Assembly (NCBI GenBank): GCA_028687915.1
Contig: JAQTZF010000001.1
Location: forward strand, 101,969 to 165,968
DNA length: 64,000 bases
Origin: Candidatus Daviesbacteria bacterium
Lineage (GTDB): Bacteria; Patescibacteriota; Microgenomatia; Daviesbacterales; UBA10151
Direction of reading: 5' to 3'
Positions 28,559 to 37,320 of this stretch are shown here, piece by piece; position 1 is the stretch's first letter; each line of letters starts with the position of its first letter. The position numbers and the translations under genes are program-made. Below the pieces are notes generated by a model. It saw only the letters and a list, made by a program, of their open reading frames with translations, was not told the origin of the DNA and searched no databases.

Positions 28559-28810
28559 TTATCCAAATAGAAAACCAATAAACAAAATTATGATTCCTAA
28601 TGAGATACCTGAGTGGATTATAGCAAAAGCGCGAAGGTATGGTGCAACTTCAGTAATTAGAGTATCTGTCATTAAGTTTATTTGTCTGACTACAATTAAA
28701 CTGAAGATAAAATATAAGAGGCTTAATACTACCAACCCACCCTTAACTATAAACCAAACCGTATCCATTGATACCACAGGATTAAAAATAGTACTTTCAA
28801 GAGACATCAC
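28559..28810 (-). CDS. Small membrane protein, 83 aa.
   Basis: Two TM helices. Confidence 0.35.
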   Translation of the reverse strand: MMSLESTIFNPVVSMDTVWFIVKGGLVVLSLLYFIFSLIVVRQINLMTDTLITEVAPYLRAFAIIHSGISLGIIILFIGFLFG

Positions 28811-29372
28811 GACCTCCTTGTGGTTCTACTAAGGCACGCAAATCCTGAATTCTTTCTGCAACAAAATCAGGATTAGGCACAGATACAAATAAAATTTCCT
28901 GAGTATCAGCTGCAGTTTTAATGATTACATCACCAAAGTTAAACAAAGAACCAAAAACACCTAAAATATGTGTTTTAACACTTTGCACATCCTCCAAAGT
29001 TACCTCGGTTGATGTTTTAGAAAGAAGCGAAGCCATAGCTACATCAACAATATGGATATTAGTTACTATATAAATATTAAAATACCAATATAAATATTTT
29101 TCTAAAATATAAGCAGTCATTAACATGTACCACAAAATTACTATTGCCACTACAATATCACTGGGAATTTGAGGTAAAACATTGGTAAAAATGCCATCAA
29201 AAGCAGAAAAAACAAAAGGAAAAATAATTCCTAAAAAAGCAATCACCATCCAGGACAGAGTAGTAAACCAATGCTGACGCAAAAGGATCTCAATGTGTTC
29301 ATCAGCCTCTTGTTGACCCAATCTAATATTTTCAGGGTTATCAAAAAGCGCCGGAAACAACTTAAAGTTCAT
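28797..29372 (-). CDS. Membrane protein, 191 aa.
   Basis: Two or three TM helices and a C-terminal soluble region. Confidence 0.4.
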   Translation of the reverse strand: MNFKLFPALFDNPENIRLGQQEADEHIEILLRQHWFTTLSWMVIAFLGIIFPFVFSAFDGIFTNVLPQIPSDIVVAIVILWYMLMTAYILEKYLYWYFNIYIVTNIHIVDVAMASLLSKTSTEVTLEDVQSVKTHILGVFGSLFNFGDVIIKTAADTQEILFVSVPNPDFVAERIQDLRALVEPQGGRDVS

Positions 29373-29390
29373 GAAGGAATAATATCATAA

Positions 29391-31124
29391 TTATTTCTTC
29401 TCTACATTAAATAATGGACCAACAATAGAAATATTTGCCGGAGCTCTTAAATTAAAGAAATTCTTAAATTCGTTTCCTCCAAAAGATTGTGATCCACCAT
29501 CTCCTGATATAGAGACATTAGTGGTCATCCCTGAACCAAAATCAGCTGAAACAGAGACGCTTGAAATAGAATTAAATGGAGTAATGCTACGACTGCGTAG
29601 TTCCTGTTTAACCCTATCAGCATTCCATGTCTCCTGACCTGCTGGATTACCTTTATCCGGCTGGTAAAGATGCTCCTGAGTAGAAGAATCATTTCGGGAA
29701 AGTAACAGCACATTAACGATATCTGCTAGTTCATCAGATTTTAACCAGGCTGATTTACCATACTCTTTTCTGTATCCTTGTGCAGCATAAAGACAAGGAG
29801 AATCTTTATCATAAGATTTAGCCATTAAATCAGCAAAACTACTAACATCACCAGTAGTATCTCTCATTCTTTTAGTATAAGAAGTTCCCCCTCCCCAAAC
29901 ATCAGCTGAGGTAAAAGTATAACCTCCTGCAGTAGAAGCAAACCAACCTTTAATTGGCTGTCCCCCTGAACTCATAATTTTACCTTTTGTGGCTTCAACA
30001 GCTGCAATCCAGGCAGAGGAATTTAATTCTTTTTTAACAACCTGATCAGATTGACTTGGACGTACATAACCTTTTGATTTTTGGATTGCCAACCCATATG
30101 AACGTGCTGCAATAGCCTGCGCTTGTAATGCTGCAGCTGGCCAGCTAGTCGGCATTTCATAAAGGTGTTTTAAGTATTCATCTAAACTCATTGACTCATT
30201 ATTAAAAGTTTGACCAAATTCATTGGTACCATCTACTTTTATGGTTTCCCCTTCGTGACCACTGCTAAATTCAAAGTTTTGGAAATATGCCCGAAGTATA
30301 TCTTCAGCTGACTGACCGGCTTTAGCTCTGCCCAATGCACCATATTGATTCATTCCCACCCGGTGTGGAATACCAAAAGTAAAAAAAGCAAAAGCTGGTG
30401 AGAATCCAGGATTAATATTTCTATCATCAGTACAGATTAAGGGTCCAGCTCCCAAACTGGTAGGTAAATTTAAACTTCCTAACCTGGCATTAATAATTTC
30501 CTGTTGCTTGGCAGACAAACTAGCTATTTGTTTACTTAAAGTTGACTGATAATCCTTCGCCTTATTTACCTCTCCCCCAATAAAGGCTGCATTCTTATCA
30601 ACTTCAACTTGCATAGAAGCCAAACTTTTTTTATCTTTTTCAAGCTTGTCTTTTTGAGTAATTAAGTCCAGCATATCAGCTGTAACTTGAGAAATCACAC
30701 TTTGGTCCTCTTTGGTAGCTGCCTGGCGATAAGATAGCTCACGTAAAAGGTCTCCTGATCCAACACTGGAGAAAATTACAGTCAGGGGTGAAGCCATGTA
30801 AGAACGAATATAATAAGATCTGACTCTTTGCGAAAGCAATGATTGCTGAACAACTAATTTATCAGTCCTGATACTAATATCTTTTTCCTTCTGCTTAATA
30901 CTGTTTGATAAACTAACTAACTTATTTTGAATTTGAGCCAATTGAATTTTTAAAGCATTCAGTTGTCCTTCTAAAGGTTTGGTTGCTGCCACAGATTTTT
31001 CGCGGGCAGCAGATAATTCATTAATCTGTTTTTGTAAATCCTCCACTTCATCAGCACGAATAACAAAAGGCTGATAAATAAGAACTAACAATAATAAAGG
31101 AATAAGCAGAAAAACTTTTCTCAT
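29391..31124 (-). CDS. Secreted coiled-coil plus SpoIID/LytB-domain protein (cell-wall amidase enhancer-like).
   Basis: Signal peptide and a roughly 200-aa coiled-coil region with heptad-like periodicity. The downstream segment PHRVGMNQYGALGRAKAGQSAEDILRAYF matches the SpoIID signature msQyGA-gmA-G--y-eIL-hYY. Confidence 0.55.
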   Translation of the reverse strand: MRKVFLLIPLLLLVLIYQPFVIRADEVEDLQKQINELSAAREKSVAATKPLEGQLNALKIQLAQIQNKLVSLSNSIKQKEKDISIRTDKLVVQQSLLSQRVRSYYIRSYMASPLTVIFSSVGSGDLLRELSYRQAATKEDQSVISQVTADMLDLITQKDKLEKDKKSLASMQVEVDKNAAFIGGEVNKAKDYQSTLSKQIASLSAKQQEIINARLGSLNLPTSLGAGPLICTDDRNINPGFSPAFAFFTFGIPHRVGMNQYGALGRAKAGQSAEDILRAYFQNFEFSSGHEGETIKVDGTNEFGQTFNNESMSLDEYLKHLYEMPTSWPAAALQAQAIAARSYGLAIQKSKGYVRPSQSDQVVKKELNSSAWIAAVEATKGKIMSSGGQPIKGWFASTAGGYTFTSADVWGGGTSYTKRMRDTTGDVSSFADLMAKSYDKDSPCLYAAQGYRKEYGKSAWLKSDELADIVNVLLLSRNDSSTQEHLYQPDKGNPAGQETWNADRVKQELRSRSITPFNSISSVSVSADFGSGMTTNVSISGDGGSQSFGGNEFKNFFNLRAPANISIVGPLFNVEKK

Positions 31125-31224
31125 GGAATAATGTCATTATACCCTAAAAATAATGTACGTGTCTTTAAACTTTGAGCCTGCCGAAAGGTTGCAAACAAAT
31201 TTGGATTAAGATAATCTAGAAGCA

Positions 31225-31632
31225 ATGTCCATCTTTTTAAGAACTCTTTTATTAACATTATTTTTACTTATTTTTCTCTCTTCCTCTCGCTTAGCTCTCG
31301 CTGCTGATCCTCCCGGAGGCGCAGGTGAGGCTTGTCCTAATGGAGCCTCTGGTATTAACACTGCTCTTGGATGTGTACCTACTGAACCCTCCGCCTTTAT
31401 TCAGGCTGTATCCCGTTTGCTAAGTGGTATTGGAGGAGGGATTGCCCTTCTTCTTATGATTGCTGGATCTTTTAGAATGATTACCTCTGGTGGCAATCCT
31501 GATGGTGTAAAAGCTGGTTCTGAACAATTTACCTCTGCTTTGATTGGATTATTATTTATTATTTTTGCTGTGCTACTATTAAAAGTAATCGGGGTAGATA
31601 TTTTAAATATCCCAGGATTTGGATCTATTTAA
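31225..31632 (+). CDS. VirB2/TrbC-like pilin paralog 1 (signal peptide plus two TM helices).
   Basis: Cleavable signal peptide ...LALA|AD, a Cys pair, then TM-ITSGGNPDG-amphipathic-TM. This is the same architecture as the five downstream paralogs. Confidence 0.5.
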   Translation: MSIFLRTLLLTLFLLIFLSSSRLALAADPPGGAGEACPNGASGINTALGCVPTEPSAFIQAVSRLLSGIGGGIALLLMIAGSFRMITSGGNPDGVKAGSEQFTSALIGLLFIIFAVLLLKVIGVDILNIPGFGSI

Positions 31633-31635
31633 TAT

Positions 31636-32010
31636 ATGACTAAACTACTTGCACAAGGATTAACAATACCAGGTCTAACAGGAACACCAATCCCTATTCC
31701 AGGAGTTGGTGGTGAATCCACTGTACGAGACGCCACCATAGGAGGATTCCTCACTCCTCTACTTGATGTAGTTTTCTTAATTGCTTCTGTTTTAATGTTT
31801 GTTTGGATGGTTTGGGGCATTATGCAATATATTTTTGCGGGAGGGGAAAAAGAAAAACTCGCTAAAGCCAGGTCCAGAATCACCTGGGCGATTGTTGGTT
31901 TTTGTATTGTTTTACTTTCTTTTACTATTTCACAGTATGCTAAAGAAATTTTTCCACCCAATTCAGACCCAAACAGCGAACAAACTGTAACAACCGTTTC
32001 AACACCATAA
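31636..32010 (+). CDS. VirB2/TrbC-like pilin paralog 2.
   Basis: TM-FAGGEKEKLAKARSRITWAIVGF-TM, with the shared S/AGG(E/D)KEK motif. Confidence 0.5.
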   Translation: MTKLLAQGLTIPGLTGTPIPIPGVGGESTVRDATIGGFLTPLLDVVFLIASVLMFVWMVWGIMQYIFAGGEKEKLAKARSRITWAIVGFCIVLLSFTISQYAKEIFPPNSDPNSEQTVTTVSTP

Positions 32011-32011
32011 C

Positions 32012-32317
32012 ATGACACCAACACCTGTTAATTTAAAAAGTCAATTTGGATTCGGTTATTTTGAAAATTTAGGTCAGGGTTTTAGTCTTTTAGTGATGCC
32101 TATTTTTGAAATTGCTGGCGTGGCTGTTATTATTTACCTACTTATAGGAGGCATTAAATATATGACCTCAGCTGGAGATAAAAACGCGGTGGCTTCTGCC
32201 CAGCAAATGATTACCCATGCTATTATTGGATTTATATTATTGGTATTATTATTTGTAATAGTACAATTCGTACCAGAATTTTTTGGAGCTGGTGCATTAA
32301 AGATTATAGGAAGATGA
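32012..32317 (+). CDS. VirB2/TrbC-like pilin paralog 3.
   Basis: TM-TSAGDKNAVASAQQMITHAIIGF-TM. The stop/start sits tight against the neighbouring genes. Confidence 0.5.
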   Translation: MTPTPVNLKSQFGFGYFENLGQGFSLLVMPIFEIAGVAVIIYLLIGGIKYMTSAGDKNAVASAQQMITHAIIGFILLVLLFVIVQFVPEFFGAGALKIIGR

Positions 32318-32652
32318 ATCAATTACTAGCAGCAAACCCATCAAGCGTCATAGGAACCATTACCCCTCCTCCTGGTATTAAAGATTTGGTGGATAAAGGC
32401 GGCGCTGGTGGAATTAATTCTGTTTTAACAAGTAGTATTATTTTAATCTACCAAGTGGCAATTGTTTTATTTGTCTTCATGATTGTCTTTGGTGCTTTGC
32501 AATGGATTATCTCCGGAGGAGAAAAAGAAAAAATTGCTGCTGCTCAGGGAAGAATTACCAATGCTGTTATTGGTTTGGTTATTTTAGGACTAGCCTGGGT
32601 TATTGTCTCTGTTTTAGGTAATTTTACTGGAATTAAAGTTGGGGGTGTTTAA
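32314..32652 (+). CDS. VirB2/TrbC-like pilin paralog 4.
   Basis: QWIISGGEKEKIAAAQGRITNAVIGLVILGLAWVIVSV, nearly identical to paralog 5. Confidence 0.5.
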   Translation: MNQLLAANPSSVIGTITPPPGIKDLVDKGGAGGINSVLTSSIILIYQVAIVLFVFMIVFGALQWIISGGEKEKIAAAQGRITNAVIGLVILGLAWVIVSVLGNFTGIKVGGV

Positions 32653-32701
32653 AACCAACCCAAGACTTGACAAGGGTTTTATTGTATGCAAACATTAATT
32701 C

Positions 32702-33061
32702 ATGATCCAAGAAGTTTTAGCAGCTGTTAGCCCCACCCCGATAGTAGTTGATTTAGCCAATGTTGGTGTTGGTATTCCTGCAGATACAAGTGTGGGTCTT
32801 ATCATCGGAAATGCCATCAGAATTATTATGATGATTGCCTTAATTGGTGTTTTGGCAATGTTAATTTTTGGGGCTTTTCAATGGATTGTTTCCGGAGGAG
32901 AAAAAGAAAAAGTAGCTTCTGCCAGAGGACGAATTACCAATGCTTTAATTGGATTAGCTATTTTAGGATTAGCTTTTGTAATAGTAACTGTAGCTGGAAA
33001 CTTAGTTAATATAAATATCTTTGATATTAAAATTCCAAATCTTGCTAACCCAGCTCCTTAA
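32702..33061 (+). CDS. VirB2/TrbC-like pilin paralog 5.
   Basis: QWIVSGGEKEKVASARGRITNALIGLAILGLAFVIVTV. Confidence 0.5.
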   Translation: MIQEVLAAVSPTPIVVDLANVGVGIPADTSVGLIIGNAIRIIMMIALIGVLAMLIFGAFQWIVSGGEKEKVASARGRITNALIGLAILGLAFVIVTVAGNLVNINIFDIKIPNLANPAP

Positions 33062-33120
33062 TCAATTCTGGCTACCCCTCCTTGCTTGACCTGATTTCTT
33101 CTTTTTAGTACTGTTAATAT

Positions 33121-33480
33121 ATGAAAAAATTCCTAGTCTTAATTCTTAATTCTCTTTTCTTAATGATTTATACCCCGGTTTATGCTGATAATCCGGGACC
33201 TGCAGGACCCAAACAATTACAGGAACTTTTTATGCGAATTATTAACCTGGCTGCAGAGGCTGCTTTTGTTGTTTTACTTATCATGTTAGTTTACGCCGGC
33301 ATCAAATTTTTAACTTCTGGTGGGGACCCAAAAGCAATTGGAGCAGCTGGGGGCACCATCACCTGGGCATTGTTAGGAATATTATTTATGGCAATTGGCT
33401 GGTTACTGCTACTATTAATCAAAAATTTTACAGGAGTAGATGTAACACAATTTTGTATTGGTTTTAATGGTTGCCAGTAA
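33121..33480 (+). CDS. VirB2/TrbC-like pilin paralog 6 (with signal peptide).
   Basis: Signal peptide ...PVYA|DNPGPAGP, then TM-TSGGDPKAIGAAGGTITWALLGILF-TM. Confidence 0.5.
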   Translation: MKKFLVLILNSLFLMIYTPVYADNPGPAGPKQLQELFMRIINLAAEAAFVVLLIMLVYAGIKFLTSGGDPKAIGAAGGTITWALLGILFMAIGWLLLLLIKNFTGVDVTQFCIGFNGCQ

Positions 33481-33486
33481 TTATTC

Positions 33487-35532
33487 ATGAAATATCTGCC
33501 TTTGTTTACTCTTGGACTTTTAATAAGTTGTATCTTTCTCTTTTTTCCTGCAACAATCAAAGCTGCTTGTACTAGTGAGGGTCCTGCTTGTGTCTATCCC
33601 AAACAAGATGGAGGCACTTGCCAGGGAACTTGCTCCAAAACTCAAAATATTTTTGTTTGCAGCCCATCAGCACCTGATTGTTTTACTCCTTCTACACCCT
33701 CACCTTCCCCTGGTCAACCATCAATACCCCCTCCTTCCACACCAATATCAACAAGTATAATTATTGGTGCCCAGCTTCCAGGAGCTATAACCATCAACAG
33801 ATTAATTCCTTCCCAGTACAGTTTCCAATGGATTAAATTTCAATATTCCCTGGGAAGCAGCCAAGATCTGGAGGGTTTAATAAGAAGTGCAAGGAGTGCC
33901 AGTTCAGGTGGGGGCAGAACTTATCAGGTCTTAATTTCTGTTGCCAAAAATACAGCCGGTATTGAAACTTTAAAAAACCCAGATACTTATCCACCCGAAC
34001 AGGATCCTGATTATTTTACTCATCAGTATTGTCCCTATGATGAAGAGCTGGAAACTTATAATATCCCCTACAATTGCGGCACAGATCCTGTCAGTGGAGA
34101 ACCTCAAACTTGTTATGAACAACGCAGAGCTCAACCTAAAAGCGATAATGGTTATACAAAATTTAGAGATCAAATGGAAGCCCTTGCCCCAAGATTAAGT
34201 GGTGCCTCAGCTGTTGAAGTATGGAATGAACCAAACCTGGAAGATGAATGGACACGACAAGGACTGGGGCCGGTTAATCCTGAAAACTATGTTAATTTTA
34301 TGAATTGTGGGATTAAAGGGCTTAAAAAAGGCGGATATACAGGAAAGATTATTAGCGCTGGCTTAGCTCCAAATGCTTATGCCACAAGTACTGGTCAATC
34401 AAACATGAATGATTTAACTTTTTTTAATAGCTTTATTGATAAGGGAGGATTAAATAATATTGATGCAATCGGCTGGCATGCTAATATTACTTCTGAAATA
34501 GCACCAAGTGATAATCCAGGTGATAATGGATTTAAAAGAGTCCAACATGCCCTTGGAAAAGGTAAACCTGTATGGTTAACTGAATTTGGCTGGGATAGAA
34601 GTACTTTTAGAGGTGCGGATGATTACGAAAGACGCCAGCTGCAAGCCCAATATATTGCCCAGGCTTACGAGGTAGCAGATAGGTTAGGCGGCATCGGTGC
34701 AATGTTTGTCTGGAATTTCGGCTTTACTATTGATTCCCCGGGACAACCTGAATTTATTCCCTGGGATATAGAGGGTACAATCCCCCGGGGTCTACTTTGC
34801 CAGCCAAATCCATTACGAACAACTCGTCCAGACAGAGGAGACACCACTTATGTACACGATGAATCCATTGCTGATGATCCTGTACCAGCCAAGGTAGCCG
34901 GAGTTGCTTTATTACCAAGAATAATTATTGATGAAACAACTCAAAGCGCAGCACAGGTAAATGGAACTGATGTCCAGGTTACAAAAAGTTTCTTCAGCGA
35001 ACTTTTAAACTGGCTCTCTTTTATTCAAAATTTTGCTTGTTCTACACTGGGACGAGTTCTTGGTTTAAGAGATTTTTGTACCCCTAATTTATCAGTAGGA
35101 ACAACTGAATCAGGCACACGTCCTCCCGGAAAAAATACCCAACAATTTACACTTCAAACAAATAGTTTAAGTAAAGTCTCAATCCCACAGGGAATTACGC
35201 TTATTCCGGAAGATAAAGACTGTAATTTAGGGCAAATCAAAGAGGAAGGCGTAGATATTGGGAATCAAAAATTAAATGAACTAAGTGAAACCCTGGGAAC
35301 TACCACTGGTTTTTATGGAAACAATATGGTCGATTTTAAAACCACAAATAATCCTGATTGGGAAAGGTGTATGGTAGAACGAATGAAGACAGAGAATTTA
35401 AATATAGGTAATAAATTATTTGAACAAGATAGAAGATCAGCTGATTTATATTGTAGAAAACAAGTAATGTGTAAAGGCTTATATCCAAATGGTATATGCC
35501 CATTTGAACCTACCCCTACTCCTGCCAGATAA
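33487..35532 (+). CDS. Secreted clan GH-A glycoside hydrolase (GH5-like), with a Cys-rich N-terminal module and a Pro/Ser-rich linker.
   Basis: Signal peptide. VEVWNEPNLEDEW carries the NEP acid/base motif and VWLTEFGWD carries the TE(F)G nucleophile motif, spaced about 120 aa apart as in (beta/alpha)8 GH-A enzymes. The N-terminus has a six-Cys module followed by TPSTPSPSPGQPSIPPPSTP. Confidence 0.5.
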   Translation: MKYLPLFTLGLLISCIFLFFPATIKAACTSEGPACVYPKQDGGTCQGTCSKTQNIFVCSPSAPDCFTPSTPSPSPGQPSIPPPSTPISTSIIIGAQLPGAITINRLIPSQYSFQWIKFQYSLGSSQDLEGLIRSARSASSGGGRTYQVLISVAKNTAGIETLKNPDTYPPEQDPDYFTHQYCPYDEELETYNIPYNCGTDPVSGEPQTCYEQRRAQPKSDNGYTKFRDQMEALAPRLSGASAVEVWNEPNLEDEWTRQGLGPVNPENYVNFMNCGIKGLKKGGYTGKIISAGLAPNAYATSTGQSNMNDLTFFNSFIDKGGLNNIDAIGWHANITSEIAPSDNPGDNGFKRVQHALGKGKPVWLTEFGWDRSTFRGADDYERRQLQAQYIAQAYEVADRLGGIGAMFVWNFGFTIDSPGQPEFIPWDIEGTIPRGLLCQPNPLRTTRPDRGDTTYVHDESIADDPVPAKVAGVALLPRIIIDETTQSAAQVNGTDVQVTKSFFSELLNWLSFIQNFACSTLGRVLGLRDFCTPNLSVGTTESGTRPPGKNTQQFTLQTNSLSKVSIPQGITLIPEDKDCNLGQIKEEGVDIGNQKLNELSETLGTTTGFYGNNMVDFKTTNNPDWERCMVERMKTENLNIGNKLFEQDRRSADLYCRKQVMCKGLYPNGICPFEPTPTPAR

Positions 35533-35579
35533 TAATAGGTCTAGTTGCAAGAACCTTGCAAATTTTGTACTCTTAAACT

Positions 35580-37295
35580 ATGTCTGCCTTCCAAAAAGTC
35601 TTCTCCTTATTATTTATTTTATTTATAGCTAACTTATTTATTTTTATTTCTCCGGCTTCTGCAGAAAGCAGTCCATGTTTAGGAGATTGGTGCCCTTTAA
35701 GTACTGCCAACTATCAAGATGAAGTTGCTACTCAAAGATTTGGAAGAAATATTTTAGTTTTTGGACATGTTGCGCTATTTGGTACAAACCCATTAGGAGG
35801 ACAAACATACAGTGAAAAAGTTGCCTATAATACTGTAAACGGTAAAATCGTAGCCTCAGCAGTTCCTGGTATTGGCCCTGGAAACATTAATGATGGCGCA
35901 TTAGCCATGGCAGGTAAAACAATAGATTCTTTATATACTCCACCTACCTCCAGCATAGAATATCTGGCTAATATAGGAGAAAATATTGGTATTGCTCCAA
36001 AATCTGCATATGCTCAAGAGATTGGTGGTTCAGGTTATAACGTAATTAGACCAGTACTAAAGCTCTGGCAAGTCACCAGAAATATTGCTTATGTGGGTTT
36101 TATTTTAGTTTTTATGGCTGCTGGGTTGATGATTATGTTCAGACAAAAACTTAATCCTCAAACAGTTATTGGTATCCAACAAGCCTTACCTGGAATAGTG
36201 GTTGGATTAATATTAGTTACATTCAGTTATTTTATTGCGTCTTTAATTGTAGATCTTTCTTTCGTGGGTGCCAGGCTAGTTGCAGGACTCTTTATCAGCA
36301 CTGGTGAAGTAAATTTTTATGGGTGTAGTGTAGTCGCCCTTGACGGAAGTTGCTCTTCTGGAGATAACGAATCAGGACTAATAAACACTTATAATAAATC
36401 TGATGCTTTTGATATGTATGGGCGAGCAGGAACCAGAGTTAGTAATATTTCTGATGTTTTTGGACAAGTATGGGGAACTCTTAGTCCATCCGCACCAACA
36501 AGCCCATCTGGGGTAGATGGACTTTTAAAAAGGCTTCAGGATGCAGCTAATGGAGCCCGATCAGGAGTATTATTTGGACCAGGAGGTGCTTTAGTCGGTG
36601 CTTTTAGCGGCTTAATTAATTATAGTATTGGCCAAGCAGCAGCTGCTGGAGTAACTGCCACACTCGCATCACTATTAATTCCATTAATTCTTGGTATTGC
36701 CTTGATGATTCAATTTGTCAAACTAATACTTTCATTAGTTATGTCTTATCTGCAAATATTGTTGATGGTTATTTTTGGACCAATCTTAATTATGGTGTCT
36801 GCAGTTCCAGGCAGAGGTGGAGCTTTAAGTTATTGGTTAAAAGGGCTCTTTGCTAATGCTTTGGTGTTCCCTGCTGTTTTTGCTGGATTTTTGTTTGCAG
36901 GATTATTATTAAATTGGAATAGTGCCAACCTAAACCTGGCTAACATGCCTATGTTTGGCGGATTACATCCTGATATTTTAAAATCAGTTTTAGCTTTTGG
37001 CGTATTATTAGGATTACCTGCTATTCCTGATATGGTCAGAGATGCTTTTGGAGTAAAAGCACCACAAGGATTCATGAAAGCAGCTATAGGAGGATTTATG
37101 GGTGGAGTTGCTGCAGGCAAAGGTGGATATAACCAAGCCATGGAAAAAACAGGTATCAGATCAGAACAACAAGCAAAACAAAAACAAGATATCGAATCGA
37201 AGCAAGCAGGTTATGTACAGGGAGCACGTCCAGTTTGGGCTCGTCCAACCATAGGCGGTAGAATAAAGTCATTCTTAGTAGATAACGCTAAATAA
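35580..37295 (+). CDS. TrbL/VirB6-like polytopic T4SS inner-membrane protein.
   Basis: Signal peptide plus a roughly 150-aa periplasmic domain, then six or more TM helices (IAYVGFILVFMAAGLMIMF, GIVVGLILVTFSYFIASLIV and others), then a Gly-rich tail. This architecture and its position in a T4SS locus match VirB6/TrbL. Confidence 0.55.
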   Translation: MSAFQKVFSLLFILFIANLFIFISPASAESSPCLGDWCPLSTANYQDEVATQRFGRNILVFGHVALFGTNPLGGQTYSEKVAYNTVNGKIVASAVPGIGPGNINDGALAMAGKTIDSLYTPPTSSIEYLANIGENIGIAPKSAYAQEIGGSGYNVIRPVLKLWQVTRNIAYVGFILVFMAAGLMIMFRQKLNPQTVIGIQQALPGIVVGLILVTFSYFIASLIVDLSFVGARLVAGLFISTGEVNFYGCSVVALDGSCSSGDNESGLINTYNKSDAFDMYGRAGTRVSNISDVFGQVWGTLSPSAPTSPSGVDGLLKRLQDAANGARSGVLFGPGGALVGAFSGLINYSIGQAAAAGVTATLASLLIPLILGIALMIQFVKLILSLVMSYLQILLMVIFGPILIMVSAVPGRGGALSYWLKGLFANALVFPAVFAGFLFAGLLLNWNSANLNLANMPMFGGLHPDILKSVLAFGVLLGLPAIPDMVRDAFGVKAPQGFMKAAIGGFMGGVAAGKGGYNQAMEKTGIRSEQQAKQKQDIESKQAGYVQGARPVWARPTIGGRIKSFLVDNAK

Positions 37296-37320
37296 ACAGA
37301 TATTTTACGAGAGATAAACT

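Noticed and set aside
36830-37141. 103-aa minus-strand ORF.
   Set aside because: It lies inside the VirB6/TrbL-like gene on the opposite strand. Its Gly/Pro/Ala-rich translation is a typical shadow of a Gly-rich coding region.
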